DNA of 64,000 nucleotides from Antedon mediterranea (Eukaryota; Animalia; Echinodermata), in contig NC_092670.1 of NCBI RefSeq assembly GCF_964355755.1, positions 10,650,795 to 10,714,794 of the forward strand, read 5' to 3'. Positions 41,043 to 54,387 of this stretch are shown piece after piece. Numbering within the stretch: position 1 is the first letter of the stretch; each line of letters starts with the position of its first letter. A program made the position numbers and the translations under genes. A model generated the notes under the pieces. That model had not been told where the DNA came from. It worked only from the letters and a program-made list of their open reading frames with translations, and ran no database searches.

Positions 41043-42688
41043 AAAAGGATTAGTAAGGCAGGATACGAATCATTGGGACCGAAGAAGACCAGTAAGACAG
41101 GATACGAAATATCGGGATCGAAGAGGACCAGTAAGACAGGATACGAATCATCGGGACCGAAGAGGACCAGTAAGGCAGGATACGAATCATCGAGACCGAA
41201 GAGGATCGGTAAGGCAGGATACGAATCATCAAAACCGAAGAGGATCAGTAAGACAGGATACGAATCATCGGGACCGAAGAGAACCAGTAAGGCAGGATAC
41301 GAATTATCGGGACCGAAGAGAACCAGTAAGGCAGGATACGAATCATCGGGACCGAAGAGGATCAGTAAGGCAGGATACGAATCATCGGAACCGATGAGGA
41401 CCAGTAAGGCGGGATACGAATCATCGGGACCGAAGAGGACCAGTAAGGCAGGATACGAATCATCGGGACCGAGGAGGACCAGTAAGGCAGGATACGAAAT
41501 ATCGGGATCGAAGAGGATCGGTAAGGCAGGATACGAATCATCGGGACCGAAGAGGACTAGTAAGGCAGGATACGAATCATCGGGACCGAAGAGGACCAGT
41601 AAGGCGGGATACGAATCATCGGGACCGAAGAGGACCAGTAAGGCAGGATACGAATCATCGGGACCGAAGAGGATCAGAAGGCGGGATACGAATCATCGGG
41701 ACCGAAGAGGACCAGTAAGGCAGGATACGAATCATCGGAAGAGGACCAGTAAGGCAGGATACGAATCATCGAGACCGAAGAGGACCAGTAAGGTGGGATA
41801 CGAATCATCGGAAGAGGACCATTAAGGGAGGATACGAATCATCGGAAGAGGACCAGTAAGGCAGGATACGAATCATCGGAAGAGGACCAGTAAGGCAGGA
41901 TACGAATCATCGAGACCGAAGAGAACCAGTAAGGGAGGATACGAATCATCGAGACCGAAGAGAACCAGTAAGGCAGGATACGAATCATCGGGACCGAAGA
42001 GGACCAGTAAGACAGGATACGAATCATCGGGACCGAAGAGGACCAGTAAGGCAGGATACGAATCATCGAGACCGAAGAGGACCAGTAAGGCAGGATACGA
42101 ATCATCGGAAGAGGACCATCAAGGGAGGATACGAATCATCGGGACCGAAGAGGACCAGTAAGACAGGATACGAATCATCGGGACCGAAGAGGACCAGTAA
42201 GACAGGATACGAATCATCGAGACGGAAGAGGACCATTGAGGGAGGATACGAATCATCGGAAGAGGACCATTAAGGCAGGATACGAATCATCGGAAGAGGA
42301 CCATTAAGGGAGGATACGAATCATCGGAAGAGGACCATTAAGGGAGGATACGAATCATCGGAAGAGGACCATCAAGGGAGGATACGAATCATCGGAAGAG
42401 GACCATCAAGGGATCAGATTCGAATCATCGGAAGAGGACCATCAAGGGAGGATACGAATCATCGGAAGAGGACCATTAAGGGAGGATACGAATCATCGGA
42501 AGAGGACCATCAAGGGAGGATACGAATCATCGGAAGAGGACCATCAAGGGAGGATACGAATCATCGGAAGAGGACCATCAAGGGAGGATACGAATCATCG
42601 GAAGAGGACCATCAAGGGAGGATACGAATCATCGGAAGAGGACCATTAAGGGAGGATACGAATCATCGGAAAAGGACCATTAAGGGAG
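41043..42688. repeat. Compound minisatellite: 39-bp units grading into 34-bp units
   Basis: GGATACGAATCATCGGGACCGAAGAGGACCAGTAAGGCA (39 bp) on the left and GGATACGAATCATCGGAAGAGGACCAT(C/T)AAGGGA (34 bp) on the right, interleaved in the middle. Confidence 0.95.
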
Positions 42689-45136
42689 TGTTTAATTGCA
42701 GGAATGGCTCAAAGATTTTAAGACATATTGTACACATTATTATTTAGATCTAGATGTAAAGTTTGATGCCATATTAAGTCATTTGGGGGATCGGCTAAGG
42801 AAACTAGGTACATTACCAAATGTCCATATTGGGTACAAGTAAAAATTCCAGAAAAGCCATTCAAGTATTACAAACTTTTTTACCGTTCTGGGGGACAATT
42901 ACATCTTTAAGCGTGAGGTTAGCACTCGTAAAAAAGAAAAGCATTACATTCAGTTGGTAAATTAACTTCTTTAAACATGACTGACAAATTAATAAATAAC
43001 ATTTTGAATTAAACTAAATATATACAGTAGAATGGACAGAAAAGGAGAAAGAAATACTATAAAAAAAATCAAACAAAGAAGAAACTTCGTCCGTTTATGT
43101 ATTGAATTGGAAAAGTTGTGTATTGAGGGCGCTGCGTTGTCATTCTGTAATTAAACATACAGGTGATTGTGTGTGATATAATGCCGTGCGTAAGCAGAGC
43201 GGGTCTTTTGTTCGTTACAGTTGTTATTTTTCATTTGCAGTTGTTAGCATATATGTAAGTTATCGTATTATATACTGTATTTAGCAACTGAATTACATGT
43301 AATTTACTTGGTTATAATAACATTACAGTTCTTGTTCATATCGTAGGCCTATGTAGGCCTATAAGCAATTTACCAAACTAATAATCATGCTGTGCTTAGC
43401 AATAAATGAGTCTTACATTTACAATATTTATCTTAGTTTTGATATGTTTCGAATGATTTTCGGGCGACTATTATATGTAGTCAATGTGCTCGATCAGAAG
43501 TAATGGGTCCACACATGTGTTTAGGGCAAGTTGCCGTGTCACGAACATCAAAGAAATTAGAAACCCTGTCTAATGAGGAAAATGTTAAAAGATACTAACA
43601 TCAAAACAAAGGTAAAATGTGTAAAATATAGTCTGATATCGGGTAATAAATACATAGTTTTAAGTATTATAATAGGATACAGTTTTCCTTCTGTAGTTAA
43701 ATTAATTAAATTAACTAAAACTAAACTTTAGTACTGTGCTTATTCCGGGGGTAGGGGAGTTACTCCCTGTACAAACAACTCTAATTTTTCAGAACCATCG
43801 TCGTACAGCCGTCGCTAATCAAACAATTCTTCATCTATACACACACACACACCAGGAAAGAGGGTTCAAACCATCCGTTAAAATGATTTACCATATAACA
43901 AGGATTTGACCATGTAAACAATGTTTTTGTTTGGCTGTTAATGGATTCATTTTAACTCAACAGCCAAAACGAAAACATTGTTTATTGAACAGGTTTATAC
44001 ACGCTAGCACACATCTCATAGACCTTCCCAGACGTGCTTTGGGGGTTGAGGATGCATGATCCTAAATTTGTCCTTTTTAGGTCATATGCATACATATTAT
44101 TTTCAAAAGCAATATATATTTCTATTTCTATATTTCTTTTCACATTTACTTTAAATAGGTTAAAATAATGAGTGTAATTGATGCGTCAAAACTATGACCT
44201 CTTCTGATTCCAACACATATAGACCTATTAACATTGCTTAACATTAAATCGTTGAAAATTGAACTTGTTCACAATCTTAATATAAATGTGACAAGGTGAC
44301 AATTTCTTTGTTACAAAAATGATACGTAGGTTAATCTATTTTGTGTATTTTAAACTCTTCTATGAAGAAATTTCAACTGGAAATTCTTTAATAAACAAAT
44401 TATTGTACAACTATGCCATTCGACTTGTAATATTTTGGGCTTTCTTCCAATTTTTGCATACCTATACGTATACCAATTTCCATTTCCTTTTCCATCGTCT
44501 ATTGTAGCAAACGGTAACAAAATATCACTACCAATCAACATTGGTATAAACCTCCATATAAAGAATCAATTTATTTAATATAGAAGTTTGCAAAAATTTA
44601 TACTTACTCCTTTCAATGTAACAAAATTTAGGCGTTTGAATTATGTTTTCAACTGATGCTTTTTCCAGTTTTTTCTGACTGATTTGACAAACACTATCTT
44701 TCTGGTTATAGTTAACAGACAGGCAATCGGATTGCTTGGAACATTCCAGCAAACAATTTAGTTTATGTATATTCTTCAACTCGTATAGTAACTCCAACCT
44801 TCAAGAGCATGCCCTTGGAGAATAACAGTATAATTATATGTATTGATCGAATCATCACTGATGACAAATGACAGAAGTAAGACAATTAAAGTTAGCATTT
44901 CGACGTTTTTAGAATTATGTAGTGACGAATGAAACGGTTATTGTGCCAATACAATCTACAATTCGTCTTAAAATACTCGATGATACTGTATGAGTTACCT
45001 AATGTGGTACGAACTATATTTTTATCTTTTACATATTCCATTATCCAATCACTTTACATACAACCCAGTGTGCACCAATCAAAATGGTGATAGTAAGATA
45101 TGATTTACATAAACAAAGTTAAACATGAGGATATAG

Positions 45137-47440
45137 TAGGGAGGCCAATGTGAGCTTTTTCATCATTGGGGACATTTTCTGTTAATAGCAGGCAACCATG
45201 TGGAATATGTTCCTTATGGGATGAAAAAAAAAATAGGGGTGGATGCCGCTCTCAAATTTCAAGTTAAAGGTCATTTTTAAGGTTATAAGGTCAAATATGG
45301 TAAAATCGGGATTTAAGGTGTTTTCAACAACTTATAAGCAAATTAAAACATATTTAACAATAATTGACATCATGTCGATGATGATCAAGTTTTTCAATAT
45401 ATCAACTTAAAAGTTTAAAGGTCATTTTCAATGTTATAAGGTCAAATTATGGTAAATTCATGTTTTTTAGCTGGTTCAACAATGTACAAGCAATATGAAA
45501 CAAATGTAACAATTATTAGATCATTATTGACGTATTATAGAAGATGGTTAAGTTTAAAGGTCATTTTCAAGGTCATAAGGTCAAATAGAACACAGACCTG
45601 TTAATTATTATCAGTATTAATAATTTAAATAAATATTAATAAATAACTAATTTTCATGAGGATAACCTGCTGGGGCTGATGGGTAGTGATGTGTCAAAAT
45701 TACCAGAATTGTCCTGGGGAGATTTTAAACTTGACATTTCATGGGGAGTCATGGAATATAAAAATAACCGGAATTTAAGATTTTTAAGAATTTTAAAAGA
45801 ATCACAGAGGGGTTGTGGGTTGGAAGAGACCATGGAATATCAACATGAGCGGAATTTGTACTTGGAATGTTTTAAACTACTGGTGTAGGATTGGGAGAGG
45901 TAGCCGCACTGGGGTGGGTATTTCTTCTATTACATAATATAATTGCATGCATATTAGCCAGCTGGGTATTCAACAATCACACATGCATATTTACGGCAAC
46001 AAATATATCTGGCTCTTTCATTTCATTTTGACCATAATATTGATTTACAAATTCCATTTACAAGGAGTGGATGCGTTACGAATGATTTCCAGTATGACTG
46101 CTTCCCATAACCATCAAATGATGATGTCTTGACACCTGTAAAGGTACGAAAGCTGTTTTGATTATCCGTAATATTTTTTCGGCCACTTTTTTGTTCAGTA
46201 TACCAGATATCGTCCTTTAGTATGTTTGCTATAAGACTTAAAAAGTGCACATTATTACACATCAACTGTCATGTATAAGCACATAAGCTTCTTCGTGATT
46301 GATATAGCAGATCATTTCTCCTTGTTTACCTTGCATCTTGAAAATCTACCCACTGTTACCAACTCGTATTATTCTTGAACTGTTCTCTATGTATTCATTA
46401 TCTAGGTAACTAAAATGCCTGACAGCCATGTTTACTGAATCCTTAAACTAGTAATGAATGATTATCATGTTTTTAAGTTCCAGCTTCTGGAACATCTGTG
46501 AGTATGTCAACGCCATTCACCATTAAATTATGTATGAAGTCAGATTTGACTAAAGAAATTGAAATTGAACTATGATCAGGCTCTACTTTATGATATTGAC
46601 CAACTCCAATGGTTGGTCAGCAGATTTTCTGTCAGCTTTTTTTCGTAAATTTTGTTTTGATATGCACTATTAGAAATGGTTGCCTTATAGAAATCAGCAA
46701 AGGTTTAGAGCGATGCTTTCTCAGTGGCTTATAAAATTCTACTGTTTTTCTCTTTCTTTAAATGTAAGCTCTTCCACATCATCCGTCAGGTTGAAAAGAT
46801 ATTGTGTATGTACCATGTCATGCAGAACCTATCACTGAATGAATTGTTTCTTGTTGTACCATAGGCCTATAATTCTATAGGCCTAACAAACTTCTCAATA
46901 TTACGTTATATATAGATAGTAATAATATTATAGTAAAATATGAATATTTTGGCACATATGGCGTTTCATACCTATAATAATTTAACTATTTTCCCGACTA
47001 AAATCGAAACGCTGACTGGTGGACAACATAAAAAAAGACAAATTAACAACAGACTGGGGAAAGTCTAAAAAAAATTTGTTGTAATTAAAAGATGTTTTAT
47101 CTGAATTATGTTAAAACAAAATTTTGAGAAAATGACACTTTTGTATTTAATTTCCTATATTTTTATGTGTAGAATAAAATGCTTATCTTATAATTACTAT
47201 AATATAAAACATTAGTTGATCTTTGTTGATGATTTTCCATGAATAAAGTAAAAATCCCATATTTTGACCTTGTTTGACCTTTTGACAATATAAACTTACC
47301 TTAAAACCTAAAACTGAGAATGGCATCCACCCCTATCATTTTTTGTCAACCCACAATGGATACATTCAACATGGTTGCCTGCTATTAACAAAAAATGCCC
47401 CCCAAACCTTTTCTAGAGGACTTTTGAGTATTTGGCCTCA
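45137..47440. mobile_element. Non-autonomous DNA transposon with long imperfect TIRs (Academ-like termini, tentative), ~240 bp upstream of the copy C start codon
   Basis: GAGGCCAA...TGTTAATAGCAGGCAACCATGT...GGGGTGGATGCC is matched by GGCATCCACCCC...ACATGGTTGCCTGCTATTAACA...TTGGCCTC. The element is bracketed by the direct repeat GTTAAACATGAGGATAT. Confidence 0.7.
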
Positions 47441-50070
47441 TGTTAAACATGAGGATATGTTGTTTTTTAGACGCATTTAATTTTTTATTAATTTTATAAA
47501 TTGGGCAATATTAGGCTTCACGTATCTTGGTAGGCTCATGAAGTAATTAACACATCAACAGTATTGGGTGCATGTCATATTGTCCCTGTTTAATGTGATG
47601 GTCTCTTCATACCTCCACCTCCCGCAGCAATACTTCAAAGCTAACAATAACATTAATGTACAATAAAAACAGTTATAATAATATTGACAACATTGGCAGA
47701 TTATCCTCCACAGAGACATATTTGGAAAATGGTGTGATGTTTATGAGACAGTAAACGTCATCCATGACGATTATGTATATAAGTGCGATGACGTCTTTCA
47801 GAATTCAGAGTTTTACATTTAAAGTTTCTTATTTTTCCATTCACATTTCACTAAATAAATGTGTGAGGTGTAAGATTTTTAAAACGTGATGTATTGAATA
47901 CAGTATTCTAATTTAAAGTTTTTTGGAGAGTAGTCCTACAATGAGTGGACATTTGTATGCACAAAAACATCCCATAAACAATCGGTTCACCTCCACGGCG
48001 GTGCAATAATTCAATTCAATTCAAATAAACATTTATTTCTTTCATTCATATTTGAGTAAAAAAAAAACATTATAATTTCTGATATTTTATAAATAAATTT
48101 TTTTTTTTTTTTATAGATACAATACAGTAAATCATAATGTATAAAAAGATGATTCAGTTATATACAAAATGAAAGAGGCAAAAAAACCCAAGAAAGTATC
48201 GATCAATTGGAAAAAAAAAATCCAATTGAAACTTGTATGTTGGGAAGCCATGTAAGAAGAGTTTATGAAAGTTGGGACGAGAAAGTTAGTCAGGAACAAA
48301 TAATATTTTATATGCATTTTCAAATATTGTTTGTTATCCGAGTAAGATTCTTTAGGAGCGGGATAACATTTTCCAAAACTACAAATTTGTTTTACTCTAA
48401 ATCTGCTCCGGTGAGTGTGATTTTCAAAATCTTTTGTCCAGATATAATATTTAATTTGCATGTCGTATACGTATTCCAATTGAATCGTGTGAATTTTCTG
48501 TATGCACGTCCCCCATCAATAAACATATTAATCATTCATTCATTAAACCATACTTACAAAATCAATTGCATCACATAAGAAAAAAACAAGTTTATCTCAG
48601 GATGTCCATCATTTTGTTATGGAGCCTGGATGATTCAAATGATGATAGTAATACTTCTTTCTTGGAGATACAAGAAATATTTATTATATATGGCCTTTGG
48701 CCCAAATAATATACAATGTAATACAATATTAAATAAATATCATTTGAATGCGTTTAAATGAAAAAAATAAATATTTTCCAAGTTTAACAATAAGATCAGA
48801 ATTTGTGATAGACATAAGATCAATATATTTTAATTTAGTTGGGTTGTTTGTATAAAAGGAAAACATATATTTAGTTCTAATATCTTCATAAAATGGACAA
48901 ACTAAAGTCAAATAATATTCATCTTCAATTGATTGTAAAGCACATAATTTACATAATCTTTCATTTCTATTTATACAATTCCATCTTCCTTTTTCAATTT
49001 ATAATTCTAAAATTCCTAATCTTATCTTAGCAATAATTTGTCTATGTTTGTAATTTGTTACTTTAGTTAGATATTCTTCAATTCCAAAATTATATTTAAT
49101 GTGTTTGTAATATTGGAGCTTAGAGTGTAGCCTAGTATCTTCATAGAATTTTTGTCGTTCAATGTCTGTAAGCCTTTGTTTAATATTTGAAATAAAAGTA
49201 TATATATTATTAACCTGTTGTGAGTACCATATGTTACCAAATCCATTTATGCATAGTATTTGTTTTACGTCATTGGCCCAACATTGATCATTTCTTTGAG
49301 CTTTTCTATATTGAAAATCATAACATTGTTTAATAAATTTGTCATTATCCATTTGGATTACTCTTAGCCAGTAACGAATTATATTAATGATAATTTGAAT
49401 TTGGATAGTAAATCTTCCACATTCTCCTCTCACTGCAACACTTGGTGCAGAATTTTTTTTTTAAACACCATATTTAATGAGGGTTATCCATCCAGCTATT
49501 GCTGATCATTAGGGACCCTCAGAGGTTCACACGACAAACATATACACAAGATGCTCTACATAAACAAAGTCTTATTACAAGTCTTTGGGAGTGAATTGTA
49601 ATTTGGTCCTTAGAAAAAATCCTGACATGTGACGGGACTTGGAGTGGTAGCCAAGCATCATAACCACCAAGCCACAACTCCACTCCTAGAATGTATTTAC
49701 AGAATCTTAGATGAACTTTCTCTAATACTGATATATCATTTAAACCCCATATTTCGCTACCATAAAGTAGGATTGGCATAATCTTAACATCAAATATGGT
49801 TCCATATATTAACTTGGAGGTTGCCAAAACGCATATGGGTCAATCCCTTCAATGTGAACAAAGCCTTATTAGCTTGTTGACAATTGTATTCTTTAGCTAT
49901 TCCAATTACCATTTGAGTTGAAAACAACTCCTAAATATTTAAAGGATTTGTCAATGTCAACTGTATTTCCATTGTAATTCCATTGTTCAAATTTGTTAAG
50001 ACTACCACCATTCTTAAACACTACAATATTACTCTTGTTAACATTGACAGTTACATCCCATCTTGTACAA

Positions 50071-50620
50071 TATCCCTTTCACACCAAAAGCAAAACTCCG
50101 GAGACACTCCGGAGTTGACGCCCCGCTGCTGTTTGGTGTGAAAGGTAAAATCAAGCAACTCCGGAGTTTAAAACTGCGGGGTTGAACAGCTGAACATTCT
50201 CCGGAGAGCGAACTGCGGGGACACCCCGGTGTTTTGGTGTGAAAGGTACCAACATCAAACTCCGGAGTGTTTCGGGTCAAAAGGTCATCCTCACACGATC
50301 ACTCATTGCTTTAGTTTTATTTCAAAATACTTTAAATATTTTTAAAAAATATATAGCGGGTTTAAAAAAATAATAAGTAGTATCAATAAAACGTTATATT
50401 ACTTCTAAGACTTTTGAAAGTAATTATTAAATTTATAATATTATTAATTAAAATGATTCTAATGATCGTCGCTATGTAAACAAACAAAATAGAGGGCGAC
50501 ATTTACAATGTTATTTTGTAAACCCCGGTGTTGCTAGGTTGGTGTGAAAGGGGTATCTCCGGGGTTTCTCGACGTTTTGAATGGTCATAAACCCCGGGGT
50601 GTTTTGGTGTGAAAGGGGTA
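50071..50620 (+). mobile_element. MITE with CCCTTTCACACC TIRs and ACTCCGGAG palindromic subrepeats, inserted in the LINE RT
   Basis: TATCCCTTTCACACCAAAA...TTTTGGTGTGAAAGGGGTA with TACAATA repeated at both junctions. An inverted sibling lies at 54586-55135. Confidence 0.85.
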
Positions 50621-50793
50621 CAATAGTAGATAACTTGTTTAAATAATATTGTAGACCATAAACGGTATCACCGAATAATATAAGGTCATCTGCATAGAGT
50701 AAATGATTAATTTTTAGATTTCCTATTTGGATTCTATGCCCGTCGCCTTCCTCATTTAATGTTTCACTCAAATCATTAATAAAAATATTAAAT

Positions 50794-51504
50794 AACAAGG
50801 CCATATAGATGGCTGCAGTCGCGTGCTTAGTGTTTACCGACCGACCGACCAACCTACCATCTGACCGAAATTACTGAACATGTTTTAAAATGTTGAAATG
50901 TTTAAAAACAGTAAATATTTTTTTAATTTACACGTGCGTAGCCTGTCACTTTTGACGTGCTCGTATAACGTAATTTCGAATTGAAAAGTAAGTCAAGAAA
51001 ACAGAAATCGGGCAAAACGATTGCGCAATAACATTTAACGCGCAGCGCGCGCGCAAAAATCTGCGCACTCATGGCAATTTTGTAAACGCTTAAAATTGCC
51101 TGACACGTACTCTTATTTCATCGAAAATAAATTTTGAAAATTGTAAGCGTGCGTACGCATGCGTTACATGCGCTACGCACGTAATTGTATTGCCATATGA
51201 TGATTTATGCCCTGAAATTTATGAATTGTGATTCATGGTTGTGAAGATATGATTACAAGCGTGATTTCGTTAAATCGTGCGTAGACCGCGTAATTTTTTT
51301 ATTGCGCACCGTGAAAACATAACCACATCGATTCCTGGCCATAAGGAATATACTGTGAAAAATTGACTTAGCTAGATTAAACTGATATCAAGATAAGGTC
51401 AGAAAGCGATAAAACGCATAGTGATACCGGACCGACAGACCGACAGACCGACCGACCGACCGACCGACATAGTAAACTATAGAGTCGTTTCCACGCGACT
51501 AAAA
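50794..51504 (-). mobile_element. Helentron-associated element (HINE/DINE-1-like)
   Basis: On the minus strand it begins TTTTTAGTCGCGTG and has a (GTCG/GTCT)n microsatellite, subterminal IR CACGCGACT and 3' hairpin GCCATCTATATGGC. It is inserted in a T-run that splits the LINE motif GSPLSSF|LFNIFINDL. Confidence 0.75.
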
Positions 51505-52529
51505 AGGACGAGAGTGGCGAACCCTGTTGTATACCTATTAAACATTTGAAAGAATTACTAATATTGCCGTCGACCTTAACATGTGCTGATAACTTATTGT
51601 ACATTGAATTAATAACGTTTAACATTTTTCCTTTTACTCCTTAATTTTTTAGTTTTATGTGAAGATATTGATGTCCTACGGAGTCAAAGGCTCGTTTAAA
51701 ATCAATGAAAGCAGCATACTTTCCCACGTTTTTTTCCTAGGTATTTGTTAATTATTGTGTTAAGAATAAATACATTATCCGATGTTCTGAACCCCTTTCT
51801 AAAACCGGCTTGTTCCTGATGTAGAATGTTATTATCTTCTGCCCAAAATTGTAATCTTTTATTAATAAAATAAGAAAATTTTAGCAAAAACAGGAATAAG
51901 TGATATTCGTCTATAATTATCTGGTTGTTCTTTGTCACCTTTTATAAATATTGGGACAATAAGGCTGGTTGCCCATTGCTGTGGAAACTGTCCTGTATTA
52001 TAAATTATATTATATAATTTTGTTATTAGATTGATTACATTTTGAGATGAGTGTATAAAAAGTTCTGGTAATAATCCATCAATTCCAGGTGATTTACCTG
52101 TTTTTTGGATTTAATGGCATGAATTACCTCATCTACTGTAATGTCATTATTTAGTTCGTTTTCATTTACAGCAGGTTCATTATTAATGACTTTCTACAGT
52201 TTGATTATCTCTATTTTCATTATTATGAAATAAGGATTCGAAGTGAGTGCGCCATGTATTAATACGTATGTTATTTGGAAAATTTTGTTTTGTTTGTTTT
52301 AGTTTAATCCAGAATGATTTTGAGTTTTTTTCTCCTAATGATCTAATCAATTCTGTACGTGATCTTTTAATATAGCTGTATTTCTTATTTCTTATTAATG
52401 TTTTATATTCTTTTTTTATTTCCAGGTATGCATTAAGCAATGTTTGTGTACGATCGTGTCGGAATCTATTTAAACTTCTTCGAACTTTGTTTTTAAGTGT
52501 AAGACATTGATTGTCATACCTTCATTGTT

Positions 52530-53878
52530 CTTCGACTTGGTCCATAGAATATTAAATGCATTTGAAAAAAGGGAATAGGCACTTACTACCTTTATGGATT
52601 TGTCAAAAGCGTTTGACATTATCGATTACAGTATTCTGTTGAGCAAATTGGCGCATTATGGTATAAGAGGCATCGTTTTAATGTGGTTTAGAAACTATTT
52701 AAGTGGCCGCAAACAATATGTTTATGCCAATGGTAGATCATCATGTTTAAAAGACACCAATATAGGGGTGCCACAGGGTTCTGTTTTAGGACCACTTTTG
52801 TTTTTAATTTACATCAATGATATAAGTCGAGCAAGTAGTAAAATAGATATAATTAGTTTTGCTGACGACACAACTTGTATAACAAGGGGAGATGACCCTA
52901 CAATGTTAAACCATACTATGAATATTGAACTAGAAAAAATAAACGTATGGCTTAAAGCAAATAAGCTGTTACTGAATGTCAGCAAAACTAATTACGTTGT
53001 TTTTAGAACTAACCAAAAGTATTTTGACAAAAACCAGTTTAAAATAAAAATGAATAATGTGTTATTACATAGAAAAGGAAATGTGACATTTCTAGGTGTA
53101 ATTTTAATCGAAAATCTTAACTGGAAACATCACATACAGCTTATTAGGAAAAAAATGTCTAGGGCAATATACTTTTAAAAGTAAGAGAATTCTTTCCTCA
53201 TAAAGTCCGTATTAGTCTTTATAACACCTTAGTATTACCTCACCTTCAGTATGGTAACTTAATATGGGGAAATACATACAAGAGCACGTTAGAAGTAATA
53301 CTAAAACTCCAAAAGAGAGCTGTAAAATGCATTACCTTCTCTAAATTCAGACAAACCTCAGAGCCACTGTTTAAGAAACTAAAATATTAAACGTTTATGA
53401 TATTTACAAAGTAAACGTCATAGGATTTATGGCAAACGTAAAATTCAATGAATTACCACATCACATTTTAAATATTTTTAATTACTCTGACAGTATTAGG
53501 CCTACTCATAACCTCAGAACAGAAACTGAATTCGAAATTCCCTTCACAAGACTAACTTGCAGTCAACAGTTTATACACATATATGGACCAAAATTGTGGA
53601 AAGAATTCACTTGTAATGGTGGTAATAAACCGGTTATCTTAAAGAAACAAAATAAATGTATAAAAAAACAGGTCAAAAAATACTTTTTATCACTATATGT
53701 TGATTAACAACACCTTTGTTTATTTAAGTTCTATATACTTGTTCTTATGTAAAGGGGTCCTACAAAAAAACGAAGCTACAGCTTTTTTATGCAGGATCCC
53801 TGTTTTCAGTTGTACTGTAATTATGATGTACTGTAATTGATGACTAAATAAATGTGGAATAAATGAAATGAAATGAAA
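52530..53878 (+). mobile_element. 5'-truncated CR1/L2-group LINE with (GAAAT)n tail
   Basis: DLSKAFD, GVPQGSVLGPLLFLIYIND, FADD and FLGV motifs with frameshifts; AATAAATGAAATGAAATGAAA tail. Confidence 0.85.
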
Positions 53879-54387
53879 GCGTGGTTCCCACTAGCGACGC
53901 AACCGACGCAGCGTAACTAATGCCCTTTCAATAATTGTGTTTTCCTCCTAACCAGCTGGTTTATCCTGAAATATTTCAAAGTAAGTTGAAATCGTCTTTG
54001 TGCTGATTTCTTAACTTACTATTATTAATTTCAATAACCTGGATACTAAACAAGTCTGCAGTCAATACAGAATTTAATCAATGTCACCACTTTAATCAAT
54101 AAGTTGTTCAATATTCCAATATTGAATCACCTCGATTCTTTGAATCTTCTTTTTTTCTTTCTATGAAATTTCATATATATGTATATTTCTATTACAGATT
54201 GCATATATAATATATATGATGAAGATGTTTAATAAAATTAACAAATAAATTATTATTGTCCTATATTTAATTACTACTTTCAATATCTTTTTATGACTGT
54301 TTATACAAAACAGCTTACGATTCTCAAGCAACAATACTTTCAAGAAAAGAATCATTATTTTCAAAATTGAAGGGAAAATCTTATAAA

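Larger units (their letters stand above)
38033..44898 (-). pseudogene. Copy C PAN-FReD gene: exons 44608-44898 (5-bp insertion frameshift), 40797-40933, 39179-39440 and 38033-38283
   Basis: Complete 4-exon set with compatible phases (1,0,1) and signal MLTLIVLLLSFVIS. An extra TAGTA at about 44786-44790 relative to the other PAN exons gives GWSYYTS*. The FReD exons are open. Confidence 0.85.
48668..52520 (-). mobile_element. Fragmented LINE ORF2 (RTEX-like), interrupted by nested insertions
   Basis: In order on the minus strand: KSPGIDG, EQAGFRKG, DFKRAFD, GIQQGSPLS, LLYADD, LLYGSEIWG, RGECGR and a C-terminal CxxC...EDEY...CP motif. Confidence 0.85.

Noticed and set aside
41016-42105. Repetitive 269-aa ORF (KAGYESSGPKRTS)n and overlapping ORFs as real proteins
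   Set aside because: These are by-products of a 39-bp (3n) minisatellite. They have a non-ATG start, the frame is broken by the 34-bp units, and they lie in an intron.
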